From Callorhinchus milii (Eukaryota), in NCBI RefSeq assembly GCF_018977255.1, contig NW_024704743.1, forward strand, positions 61,506,001 through 61,570,000: 64,000 nucleotides of DNA, in the 5' to 3' direction. Under the pieces are notes generated by a model. That model did no database searches and had not been told where the DNA came from. It was given only the letters and a program-made list of their open reading frames with translations. This document shows positions 11,041-23,290 of the stretch, piece after piece. How positions within the stretch are numbered: position 1 is the first letter of the stretch; each line of letters starts with the position of its first letter. The position numbers and the translations under genes are program-made.

Positions 11041-11689
11041 TAAGTGAATTTATGAATTTATATATTCAGTCTCTGCTGACACTGCAATTCACCATAGGGG
11101 AAGCATCCCATTTGGCAGAGGGGCCACCCTTTGGATGAGACATTAACGTGTACATCTTTGAATGTAAAAGTTAATGGTGGAGGTACTTGAACCTAACACC
11201 TCCACCATTAACTTTAATCACTCATTTTGTTCCCGCAGCAGATTTCCTACTTATATCAGAACGTCAGTTTGATTCAAGCACTTATCCCAAGAAAGCTCTT
11301 CTGACATGAAGCATATTAGTGCTGGATTTAATATTAGTGCACAGGTAGAGGGAGAGCTGCCAAAATGGAGGCACTAACTACCATGACCCACTTTGTGTCA
11401 CCACACGTTGTAACTTGGACAAAAATTATTTTGTTAATATTTTGGCTCCATGAACTTTTAAGGCACACAGAGGGAGTTGGGCCTGAGTGTGAGATGATTG
11501 TTCTCTTTGGGTACTTTTGGTGTCAGCCTGTCTCAGTAGGTAACAAATGCACCTCTGAGTCAGGATCAGTATCGAGATTTGAACTCAAAAGTCTAAGGTG
11601 ACACTCCAGTTCAGTACAGGGAGAGTCCTGCACTGTCAGAGGAGCCGTCATCAGATCCCAAGATTGGTTCAGATGAAACATGTTCTTCG

Positions 11690-12070
11690 AGCCATTTGAT
11701 TTCACCTTTCTGGAACACCCACCCTAACGTCCTCTCATCGCAGTCTTGGTTTCAACCACATTTCCTGGTAACTAGTTCCAGTTGTTAATTTCCCCCCTGG
11801 ATAAAGAAATACTTCCTGTTGTCTGTGTTGAAACTACCTTCCTAACTTGAATCTGTCCCCTCTTGTTCTGCTGTCCTAGCATTACCTGAACGTATTGTTT
11901 TGGGTTTACATTTTTAATCCCATTTAAAATCTTATATACTTCTATGAGGTCCTCTCTGAGATTTCTCTTTCAATGCTGAAGAGCCCAAGCTTATCTAATT
12001 ATTTTTTATAGCTCATTCTCTAACAATGGGGATCATCCTCTTTGCTCTCTTCTGCACAGCCTCTAGGACC
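11690..12070 (-). mobile_element. Degenerate CR1 3' region
   Basis: Minus strand resembles the CR1 ORF2 C-terminal end (RTRG..FK..GSFNTDNRKYFF..INNWN). Confidence 0.6.
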
Positions 12071-12694
12071 TGGGAAGCTCCCAATTTTAGGATGAGACAT
12101 TAAACTTAGGTCCTATCTTCCCGGTGTGGTTAAATCAGTTAAAAGCAGGGAAACAGAACAAATGGCAGGAGCTCTCTTCTGACACATTTCGAGGCTGTGG
12201 TTTATTGTGAGCTTCAGCAATTTTTGACAGGATTGTGCTGATTATATTGGAGGAGGAGGAGGAGGACTATAGCCTAATGGAATAATAAAATAAAGAGCAA
12301 CAGCAATTTGACTGTTTCAAATAGTATAAGAGTCCTTGGTGTTGAGTATTTTAAACCAATGGTTGTTTCTGCTGTGGTTGCAACAGTACACAAGCAGCAG
12401 TTTATCAAACACTGCATTAAACCATTTGTACGTCATCTGTGGGAACCTATGAGACTAGATTTCCTTTCCAAGCTGTGTTCCCTTGTAATTGATCCCTCTA
12501 CCAGGGCAAGAGTTGTCCAGTAATTGTAAATTCCTTTCCTTTCATTATTTTAAAATGTACAGCACAGCAGCTCAGAAGTTGAATTATTAACAGAATAAAG
12601 CTATACCTGGAACTGAGGTTTTCCGGTGTTTCTAAGCAATCAGAAGCTTCTTTTAAGCCTATCACTGACTTACAGAAAGTGACACCCTCTGCCA

Positions 12695-12892
12695 TAAAAA
12701 AACAATAATAAATTTGTCATTTTCAATCCATGACTGTTTGTGGGACACTGCTGTGAGCAATTGGCTGCCGCGTTTTGCCCACAAATATACGGTCAATTCA
12801 CTTTACAGCATATTCTGTGAAGCGCTTTGAGACGTCTAGAAGATGTGAAAAGCGCTATATCAAATGCAAGGATTATTATTATTATTATTATA
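12695..12892 (+). mobile_element. Young SINE, 5'-truncated
   Basis: Body plus gcgctttgagacgtc...gcgctatatcaaatgcaaggattattatt tail. Confidence 0.9.
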
Positions 12893-12984
12893 AATCATTT
12901 TGTAATGGGATGGTCACAATATAAATAAATCACAAAAAGTCAGTAAATAAAGCATTCTGGCCTCATTGCCTTGGATAATAGGTG

Positions 12985-13270
12985 TCGGTCAGGCTCTGTT
13001 GGTAGCACTCTCATCTCTGAGTCAAAAGTTTGGGTGCTCAATAAAAGGCGGACATCAGGCTAACATCCAGTGCAGTGTCAGGGGACTGCTGCATTATCAA
13101 AGTCATCCCTCCAGATAAATTGTTTTTTTCACTTCATGGCTGTTTGTGGGACATTACTGTGTGCAAACTGACCACCACTTTCACTTATGAAAACAGGCGC
13201 TACACTTTATAGAAATATCCTGTGAAGCACATTAGTATGAGACGCTAAGGCACTAGATCAAATGCAAGCA
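12985..13270 (+). mobile_element. Old Deu-domain SINE
   Basis: ggctctgttggtagcactctcatctctgagtca head and catggctgtttgtgggacatt core. Confidence 0.7.
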
Positions 13271-16269
13271 TTCTTAGTGTGTGGGGCCAAAGAAATTGCA
13301 ACAACAAAATCAGGTGGAATCACTTTGATTATTCCAGATCTATTAACCTTTAGAATGTTGGGGATTTTTTTTTCTCATTTGATCGTAATCTCTCTCTTAG
13401 TATAGTAAATATACTAAGACTCCAATCAAAAATAACTTGTCCATTGTCAATTAATACCTTCATAAAGAATCTGAATACATTTATTGATCAAATTATATTG
13501 AAGGTTCTGTAGATATAGGAACAAAGTAAGCCATTCAGCTTCTTGAGCCTCTTCCACCAATCTATTCCATCATGGTTGATCTACACTGCAACTAAACATC
13601 AAGTACTTCATACAATACCAAGGTCCTGTGTTACCAAGGCACTGTGGGCATTTTATCAGAGAAATGAAATAAAACCTTTCAGAGAGCTGAATGATGTTGT
13701 TCCCCATTTATGCTATGTTTGCATGGATTTATCTGCAGACGGTAGTTTTGAAATGCAGGCAAGTCAGGATAAATCAGGTTTGTCCATCCATAATACAGAA
13801 GGTCTTTTCAACTTAAAAAGATAAATTAAAAGTTCTTGGTGGTTCAATGGACATGCTTTCTACATTATTTAAAGTTTAGTAGAAGGTGTAATGGAGCATC
13901 TATTTGTCCTTATGCCGAGCACCAGGTGCCCTCCTGTCACTACACTACTGGCGTGATTTGTGGTCTTTACTTTGAATGAGAGTAATGACCACAAATCAGC
14001 GCCTTGGGACATCCTCCTGACGTGGAAGGAGCAATATAAATGTAATTTTGCTGTTGTTGTTGAATGGTAAATATTGTTTCCAAAGCATTTGCTTTCCTCA
14101 ATTCAACCATGTTACAGCACATGTTAACCCATGAAGTTTGGGGTGGGGGATGGGGGTTGGAAATAATATTTGAAAACACATTTTAATGTTGTTCCTTGGA
14201 CAAGAAATGAAATGGCAATAGTGGTTAGCTATACCATAATTTTGATTGCAATTATGATACCCAAAAGTGCTAAAATAGTTAGGTGATGTTTTCAACATCA
14301 CAACAAATGTATTTGTGCTACTTGACACAGTTCAGATAGTGTTGAAAGTACATTTCACAAAAGTATAAAACGATGAGCCTCAGTATCACTAATTTACGAA
14401 TCACAGTGACCGTGGACATTTCCTGCATATTAGCTCAAATGTGTACAGATTTGGGTTGAAAAGACTACCTATTATTATTATTATTATTATTATTATCAGA
14501 CATCACACTCCGTTATTGACAGAGTAGCTGTATACCTGGGCAATGTATGCATGTTTTTCTCATTAAGCTGTTTTCAATGAGTCAATGCCTATTAGCAAAA
14601 GTTGAATAGCATGCGGCCCTGTAGTGCTTACATTCTTGTAATAAACATTTGTTTCTGTTGTTAAATAAATCATACTCGCATAACACAACAACAAATTAAG
14701 CAAAGAAAAAGAACAAAATCTAAGAAAAATAGTTGACCTTTTTTTAAATCTTTCTAAGGATAGAAAAAAAGGTTTCGATTTACAAAAAACTCATGCACAT
14801 AACACACAGAAAAATAGATTACATCGTGGGAATACAAATATCACAACCCTACTTTATATACAACATCAACTTGCATTTATATAGCACCAATCATTTACAT
14901 AACGGTAGCGTCTCCAGAATTTTGCAAGCAAAATTTTCGTAATGCCTGAGGTAGAAAGAGCTCAGCCTTGTTAAGTGTTCGACCTTGCACCATGAGATGA
15001 TATTGTCTTCCTTGTGACATCATGCCCATTGTGATATACAGTATATAATAATAGTTTGCAAACAAAAATCTAGATAGACATCAGCTACTGTATACTGTGT
15101 TTAAATCATACTGGTAAGCAGGCAAACAAAGGATCATCGATCAGAGTTACTGCACTTATATATTTGTGTTGATCCCAGGCAAAAAAAGAGTTAAAGGCCC
15201 ATAAGAATCTGACTGTCTCAGAGAATGGCAAGAACTGCTCATGGTTATCAGGAAGAATTAAAAAGGCAGCAGATTTATCCCCAGGAACTACTGCCACAAG
15301 CCACCAGAAAATGAATTGAAGCATAAAGTCAAGACACAAATTAATTTTTGCAAGTATTTCCAGCTTCTTTTCTTTTGATTAAAAGCAATTCACCTTAAAA
15401 AAATTCCTCACGCATAACCTTAATTTTTTTATTATAAATGTACACAAATTCATCACACGATGTCAGTGCATACATAGAAGAAGCAAGTATTTTAATATGC
15501 ACAAGATTGCCATAAATGTGGTAGCCTTGGGTGTAATCTAATTAGATCTAAAATACCTGTCAGTTGTCATTGTTAACACAGATACGCAATTTTAATTTAC
15601 ATGTTGCCTCTTAGAGAGGTCTGCAGTTGTGAGTGAAGAGAATCTATCTGAATGTGTAATTGTAGCTGTGAGAGTAAACAAACTTCCCACTACATATTTG
15701 CCAACAAATCACATTGTCACTGCACTTTACAGTATACCCTGTGAAGCGCTTTGGGACATCCTCCAGATGTGAAAGATGCTATACCAAATGTCAAGATTAT
15801 TATTCTATTTAGAAAGGCTGCACGTGACTCTTTCATTTTCTCTTTGGCAGTGAACAAAAGTTAAAGGTTCACTAGGCATCTGTGTTTCCTCAGTGATAAG
15901 CCACATTAAATAGTGGTCTGAAATGAGAATGGTGAATTCTACAGACCCAAAGAATGTGTGGATTAACAATAAGATATTTGCTCCAGTTAAAAAAGGATAA
16001 TCGGTACATGATAACTGGAATCCAGTGTTTTCAAGCAAAATCCACTCTGTTATGAGGGGATGGAAGATGCTGGGAGATGGAACCTATGAACCGCTTTGAG
16101 ACATCTCAAAGAGATAAGGCGACACATTAAATGCAAGGAATGTTTTTTATTATTGTGGATCGGAGTGTGGACTCACACCTGCATGTCTCTAAATATTGGG
16201 TTTCCAGTGTCACCCAAAGTTTCACAGAGTCCAACAGCCTTAAACTCTCTCTTTCTCTCCTATGTTCTC

Positions 16270-17010
16270 GCTCAATGTTGTTAGCGTATGTTTCATTGCT
16301 GAGCCGTGTTGCCCACCAGGAAGCTCGCAGGGAGTTCCTAGTACCTGCCATCCACCTTGTGAGGGCTCAAAATCATGTTTGTCAGGAATCAAATAACCAT
16401 CTAGTGACTAGCCTCCTTGGGGGGAGGTAAGCAGGGTCTACTTGGAACTGAACTGGCTCCAAGGTGACACGTTTGGCAACAGAATGTCAGAATCAACGCA
16501 ACCATCTGTGGTGGCCTCAGTAGTCCGGTTCCTGAGCCAGGTGGGTTTGCCGTACTCCAGACACTGCTGATGACAGCACAGCCAGCCTCGCTCATCAGCA
16601 GGACATGGAAGGGCAGATCAGTCATTGGTCTTCCCCTCTTCCTCTCAGCTCCTATTAACCCTGCAAGCCAAGCCCTAATGGAGAGTGTGATCCTAGCGAG
16701 ACAAGCAGTCGGAAAGCTTGCCAGACAGAGGTATCAATGGCAAGCTATGTGGTTTTAGCTGGTTCGACTCCAGCAGTATCCCAATACACACTCTGGGGTC
16801 CCCAAGCCTTGGCTTTTGTCAACCTGCGCCTAATATTTTCCAGCAATAGGTAAGCAGGATGTATCCCTCCAGGGAGAGAGTACACATTCCACTCCAATAT
16901 GTTTCTTAGGAATTTCCATGTGTAGGTGGGATGCATGGAACTCTTTTTGTTTTGGATTATCTTAATCATGGTAATGGGTTTCCACATGTGTCAAGACACC
17001 CGGATGACCA
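16270..17010 (+). repeat. Family X, longest copy
   Basis: Homologous to 7136-7690. Its 3' part is also found reverse-complemented at about 1483-1560, 23290-23460 and 36165-36410. The 5' boundary is uncertain. Confidence 0.7.
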
Positions 17011-17199
17011 GAAAAACGTTAGTATTCAGTCAAGTTGATGAAAGATGAGATCTAATAGGAAATATAAAACAGGAAAGTGGAATTTACCTATTCAACTTTG
17101 TTTTGGAGAGTCTTAACTTGGCAATGGGTTTCCACATGTGCCAGATACCCGGCTGAAAAGGCAATTGAGTAACTTGCTTGTAACTTGCTAGCCACTAGG

Positions 17200-17430
17200 A
17201 GGAGCATGAGAATAATCCCTTGACCAAATACTAGGATGAGCTGAGCAGATGGATTTTAATGCAGATAACTATAACATAATGGATATTGGATCAGGAAACA
17301 ATAAACATGTGTAGATGATGAAGGGAGGTCCATTAGCAGTATAGAGTGGGATTTGGGTGTGATTAACAATGTTTCAATGAAGGCTCCTAATTAATGTGAA
17401 GCAGCTGTCAGCAAAGCAATTCAAAAGCTG
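17200..17430 (+). mobile_element. Degenerate CR1 RT fragment
   Basis: Remnant FNADN..IMDIG..N.H..MMKG...DLGVI..SMK...CEAAVSKA pattern. Confidence 0.6.
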
Positions 17431-18609
17431 AAGCTCAAGAGTTTCTCTGGTAACCCAGTGGGTAAAAGTGGTAACAACAACTTGTATTTATATAGTACCT
17501 TTCACATCAATGAAATGCCTCGGAGTGCTTTATAACAAGATTGATTAAAAATAATGTGAATATTATGTAGGCAAACGTGGCACCTAATTTGTACCAGGAA
17601 CAATGAGATGGGTCGCTAATAAATTTTAATTTGTGAATTTTGAGGATGAAATTCAGCTTTACCTCTTCACATGTGCTACCAATACAATGAACATTGAAAA
17701 GGCATTGCCTGGAAGCCAATAGACCATACAAACTAATCACTGGTAGATTTAAATGCCTAGCTAGCTGATCTCAGATGGGGCAGCTAGAATTGGTCTCAGT
17801 ATCTTTGAATAGGACGGAGGGAAAATTAGTTTGAATAGGACTCTCTGCTGGGAGGTGTCAGTGTCAGGTGAGATCACAAAAGAAGTTTGGAAGAAGAAGA
17901 CCCTTTGGCCCATTTGATCTCAGCATTCCAAAATACTCACCCATTTGCAACCCAATCCTGGGTACTCTTGTTCTGCCATCTCAGTGCATCTGAAAGCATT
18001 ATTCTGTAGACTGATGACACTTTGTTAAGTTGACCATTATGATGTTGTACTGCTATGCATTGTGGTTATGATGAAAAACGACTGTACTGAACATGTGCAC
18101 CTCTGGGTAACCTTTGCTGTTGTGAAACTATAGTATCAGTATTTTTAATGAGTAATGTGTGTATGGGTCTTAACATCCTTGATCATGTCCATTGTAATTG
18201 TGTGAAAAGAAGATATATAAAGAGAGGCACAATGTGAAAAGAGCATGTGTAAAGAGAGAATCTTTGTATACAGAATTAAGATAAGGAAATGATATCTGTG
18301 TGTGTGATAACCAGATGGCCTTATGAGTAGAATCAAGGCAAGGCAGAGATGACTGTGGTGATGACCAGAGCAAGTGTAGTATAAATGTAGCCAGTGTAGC
18401 TGTTACTGGTTAGGACAGACCCAGGAGAAGAATAGAATGATAGAAGACTAGGCATTGTTCTCCAAATTGGTATCTATGCCTTTTGTTTTTTTTAACTCAA
18501 CGGATAAATGTGTTATGCTGTAAGTAACAATAGTTTTAAAACTTAAATATATCTTTGTGAGCTTGATTAATTAGTGTCTGAAACACAACGGCTCTTAAGT
18601 CAACACGTC

Positions 18610-19618
18610 CAGGTTTAGCCGTGGAGGCAAGTGCGGGAGAGGACACGGGCTGCAGAATTCTGGATGATCTGCAGTCTATGGAGGGAGGAGTTGGGGAGGC
18701 CGACAAGCAAGGAGTTTGCATAGTTGAGCTTCGATATAATGAAAGCCTGTATGAGGGTTTCGGCGGCCTGTGGTGTGAGACAGTGTCAGAGCCGGGCGAC
18801 GTTGCGGAGGTGGGAGAAGGAAGAGCGGATCATAGCGCAGATGTGGTTTAGAAAGGATAGTTGAGGGTCAAACAAGACGCCAAGGTTCCAGACTGGCTTA
18901 GCAAAGTGGAGTGTGCAACTATGGGTGGTGATGCTGTCAGCGCCTGAGGTGAGGTGGCGCTGATGGGAGCCAATCAGGAGAGCCTCGGTCTTGTTGACGT
19001 TCAACTGAAAAAAGTTAGCTCTCATCCAGGACTTGATGTCCGACAGATATTCCGTTAGAACAGCAGTGGACCTGGAGTCAAGGGTGGAGGCAGAGAGGTA
19101 GAGTTGGGTGTCATCCGCATACGTGTGGAAGTCTGTGGATGATGTCACCAAGAGCGAGCATATAGATATTGAAGAGGAGGGGACCAAGGACAGAGCCCTG
19201 AGGAACGCTACACGAGACGGTATGGGAGCAAGAGGACTGAAGCCGTTTGTGGAGATGAAGTGGAGACGGTGTGAGAGATACAATCTGAACCAGTCAAGGA
19301 CAGAGCCGTGGGGTGAGAGGAGAGATGGTGAATGAGGATAGAGTGGTTAACGGTGTCGAAAGCTGTAGAGAGGTCAAGGAGGATGAGGAGGCAGTGGGAA
19401 CCCTGGTCGCAGATGGACACAATGTCATTTGTCACTTTGACCAGGGCTGTTTCTGTGCTGTGGGTAGCACGGAAACCTGATTGGAGGGGTTTGTGAAGGG
19501 AGTGGCGGGAGAGGAAGGAGCGAAGCTGAGAAGCAAAACTAGTTCCAGGACCTTGGAGAGAAAAGGGAGGTTGGAGATGGGATGGTAGTTTGGGAGTAGA
19601 GAAGGGTCAAGGGAGGGT
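18610..19618 (-). mobile_element. L2 RT fragment, frameshifted
   Basis: ORF track peptides LLILLDLSTAFDTVNH and [31 protein letters not shown]. Confidence 0.92.
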
Positions 19619-20821
19619 ACAAGCTCTTTCTTTCAACTGTTTATAATCCCATTTAACCAAACACAGAAGAAATAGATGTATAAGTCTGAGTGGGTTTGAG
19701 TAAAAAGCTCCAAGATGATGATATCCAATGCAGAGGAATTAGGTCCTAAAGTTGCTATGGAAACAGAATGCTATGCAGTGCCTCATCTAGGTTCATGGTG
19801 CAACTTGTAACTGTGTAAAATGACACTGCAGACACCCAGGAGCACTGGAACAATTTTTAAGGTCAAAAAGAAAACACAAGGGGTTTGCAAGCCGAGGGGA
19901 AATGAGGCAAAATCCAGAGAGCACAATGTTGCATAGGCCATGTTCAGAACAACAATTTACATTTAGATGGCATCTTTCACATCGAGAGAATGTCTTAAAG
20001 CTCTTCACACAATCGACTGGAGCCCAAACAAATTGGAAACAAACATTCTAAAGGAAACTATTTTCAACTTCGAAGAGGTGTTATGGCAGGCTGGTCTCCC
20101 AAAGCACAGCATGGGCTACCGTAGTGCAGGAGGAGTGCGAGAAGCCACATCTAACACAGCAAAGAGAAAGAAATTCCAATCTTAATGAATAATGAGAAAT
20201 GTCTGGAAAAGCTCACATAGACCGGAAATGTTTAATTCAACAGCACCTAGCCTATTGTCAAAAAATTACATCAAGTAAATGGAGGAGATCCTTAATTTAT
20301 GAGAGGATATGAAGAGTTTGAAAGCATTGTGTTTTTTAGTACATTGTGGCATTTCAGTTTCTGGAGGGATAATGGAATCGCCAGGCTTTAATGAATCTTT
20401 TATACTTCACAGTGGAAGAAACGCAACTAGTTATGGCAAGCAGATCAGTGAACGTGCTGAGCCTGCCTGATGCTCAGATAATAATTAACAAACCCCCCTC
20501 TGCGGCCTGTTCTAATGAACTCTCTGTAGGCAGCTTCTGCGGAGGGGAATGTGCTATTGTGTTGAGCTACACCTGACTTCCAGCAGATGAGTTTGACTAA
20601 ACATTGTTGCAAAATGTATCAAAGGACAACAACACCGCACAAACCTTTTGACTAAAAATGTTATGGCTGGCATTGCATGCAAGCAGAGCTGTGAATAGTC
20701 CGTGTGTGGATACATGGCGTTCTACTTCATTTGGAAAATAAATAAATTCAATCTTAATTTGGAAAGCAGTATTTCACAGTTCTTGAAAGAAAACAACTTC
20801 CAAACTAAGCCTGAATTTTCC

Positions 20822-21145
20822 GCCACCCTGCTATCTGCTAGCCTCCGCTCGGCTGGCTCTGGCCACCTGTTTGTCCCACGTCCCCTCTGCACCAACCTCA
20901 GTGGCCATGCTTTCAAGCACTACGCCCCGAAGGTTTGGAACTCTCTCCCCCAATCCCTCTGCCTTTCCCCCTCCTTCCCCTCTTTTAGATCACAACTGAA
21001 GAGCTTCCTCTTCCTCTTCCACTACGCTTACGGTCACCTCCTCCCTCCCCCCTTCTCGGTGTCAGGCTCCGCCACTGTTAAGCATTCCGAGAAGCTGCCC
21101 CACGTGAAGGACGCTATAAAAATACAATTCTTTTTGCTCCTGTTG
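20822..21145 (+). mobile_element. L2 3' end, second subfamily
   Basis: LRSAGSGHLFVPR..LSGHAFKHYAPKVWNSLPQSL..FRSQLKSFLF followed by a tail. Confidence 0.85.
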
Positions 21146-22566
21146 TGTCTTAAATTTTAAGACAAAATGTCGGTGCAATTTCAAAGACTTGGATCACTAT
21201 TCAGTGAAGCCTGTTGAAGTTGCCCATGAGTAAATGTTGGATGGAGACAGGGTTCAGCTCAGCTTTGATACCATCCAAACTTGCTTAGCTTCATTGAGTA
21301 TGAATGAGTATGATTGTGTTCAATAGCATAACCTACCACCGTGCAACCACAAAAAAAAGTGTCTCTGCATAAACTGAGCTTCCTACGGTGAAACGCTTGC
21401 ATATTAGACTGACCTGCATGATTTCGGCTCTGGCCTGAGCTTACATCATAATCAGGTTCTCATGAGTTAACGGAGTGCACATGGGTTCCCTGGAAGAAGC
21501 AGTTTACATTTATGCCGTTCAAGGGTTTTTCAACGCCATTGACAAGATGAAGAAAGCTCACTTGGGCAAGGTACTGGAGTGCTAACACTGTATAAAGAAA
21601 GGACCAAAGTCCTTTTGGAATGAAGAGGCAAACATTATGGGGTGTGGATTAAAATAAAGCTTGTGTATTCCACATAGGCAGGAAGGCTTTGTCTTCCATT
21701 TAACAATGCCAATTTAGGTTGAGTTTCAATTTGTTTAATTTAGAAATGACTGGGATGTAACGATACTCAAAGCTTTCTCAGGCCTTTGCTCTCTTGTGGC
21801 AGGAACACAGTTGCAGGAACTGTTCAGTGCCCAGGAGAGTAGGGTTTTACAGGCCTTGTGAGAGAGGCAATGAATAAGGACAGCATTTAAACTAACCCCA
21901 GGACTCAAAGCAGAAAAGGCAGCTGCACTTTGACGATGTGAAACCCTTTTGGTTACACTAAATGTTGTTACACTTTGAAGGTGCTTGGAGGCTTATGTGA
22001 GTGTTAAGGACAACCCAGCTTAAGCATAAATCCTCTGTTAGATCTGCTGAAAGCTATTTACAGGAAACCGAACCCCTGACTAATGCAGAGGTTAACCTGA
22101 CAGATAAATTTAGACATAAAACAGCTGGCATGCCACTCATATCACCTGCTTGTACTTGAAAGGTGCCACAGACAGATGGTCTGGGAATCATGACAGAGTC
22201 AGGGCATCAGTGTTCTGACTGTCACAGGTGATCTTATAGTTCCTGGCTTGTGGGATTCCCAGATCTCTCACTGACCTATTCTCACTGCTTGAAGAATAAC
22301 ACTAGGAAAATGTACCCTCCAAATCTATATCTTAGTTAAGATTCCTCTCACTCCAACTCCTACTTCAGCTCTTCCTTTTACACCCACTCTCACTCCTCTT
22401 TCCCCACCCATTCCTCTTTTCCTCCTACTCTACCTCTCATTCCTCTTCATCACGCTCTAATTTCTCTATCTGTCACTTCCACCTCCCCCTCTGCCACTTC
22501 CCATTTTGATGCTTTTAGCATTCTACCTCTCCTTTCTACTCTTCTCCTGAAACTGACTGGGTTGTA

Positions 22567-22930
22567 GAGTCCTGTAGCGTAGTGGTTAGACATTTGCCTC
22601 GAAAGCGAGAGGATCTGGGTTCGATTTCCAGGCTGGACAAAACGTTAGGCAGGTTTCCTTACTTCAAACACCTCTGTTTACCTACCAGTAAGTAGGAACC
22701 CGGTTGTTAGTCGGTTGGTGGATCGCTTTTCCTGGGGTAATAAACCAGTCCAAAAAAAAATTTGGTCACTCAATCCACGATTGTTTGTGGAAACTGTTGT
22801 GCGCAATTGTGTGCCGTGTTTTGCACACAAAATCTACAGTCAATTCACTTTATGGTATATTCTGTGAAGGACATCGAGACGTCTCAAAGACATGACAAGT
22901 CGCTATATCAAATACAAGGTTTATTATTAT
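22567..22930 (+). mobile_element. Young SINE, long form, full length
   Basis: tRNA head, extra ctctgtttacctaccagtaagtaggaacccgg segment, Deu-like core and tail. Confidence 0.9.
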
Positions 22931-23064
22931 GGTTAGTTTTTCTTCCATTAGAGAATGATTGCACTAGAACCAGTCTTTTTCCATCCCAATACATTGGCTA
23001 TGTGGGCATTCATGTATGAATCTTTACAGTGAATCTTGCCAAGCATCCCCCACCCAGCTGTAAT

Positions 23065-23290
23065 ATTGGGCAAGTTTCCTTACTCATGCCTCTGTTTACC
23101 TAGCAGTAAGTAAGATCCTGGTTGTTAATCGATTGGTGGATAGCTTTCCAGGGGTTATATATAAAAAAAATTGACTGCTGTGCCCACAAAATATAGTCAA
23201 TTCACTGTAAAGTATATTCTGTGAAGTACTTTGAAACGTCTCAACGACATGATATATCAAGTGCTATATCAAATGCAAGGATTATTATTA
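23065..23290 (+). mobile_element. Young SINE, long form, truncated and deleted
   Basis: ttgggcaagtttccttactc...gtttacctagcagtaagt...tail. Confidence 0.85.

Noticed and set aside
18043..18605. Possible second solo LTR (TGTTG...CAACA, TATAAA near 18380)
   Set aside because: No matching TSD or clear polyA signal was found, and the right flank abuts an L2 fragment, so it is unsupported.
21481..21575. Short coding-like stretch MGSLEEAVYIYAVQGFFNAIDKMKKAHLGK
   Set aside because: No recognisable homology, a weak donor, and an upstream in-frame stop.
22310..22550. Pyrimidine-rich tract
   Set aside because: Low-complexity sequence with no definable unit or evidence of function.
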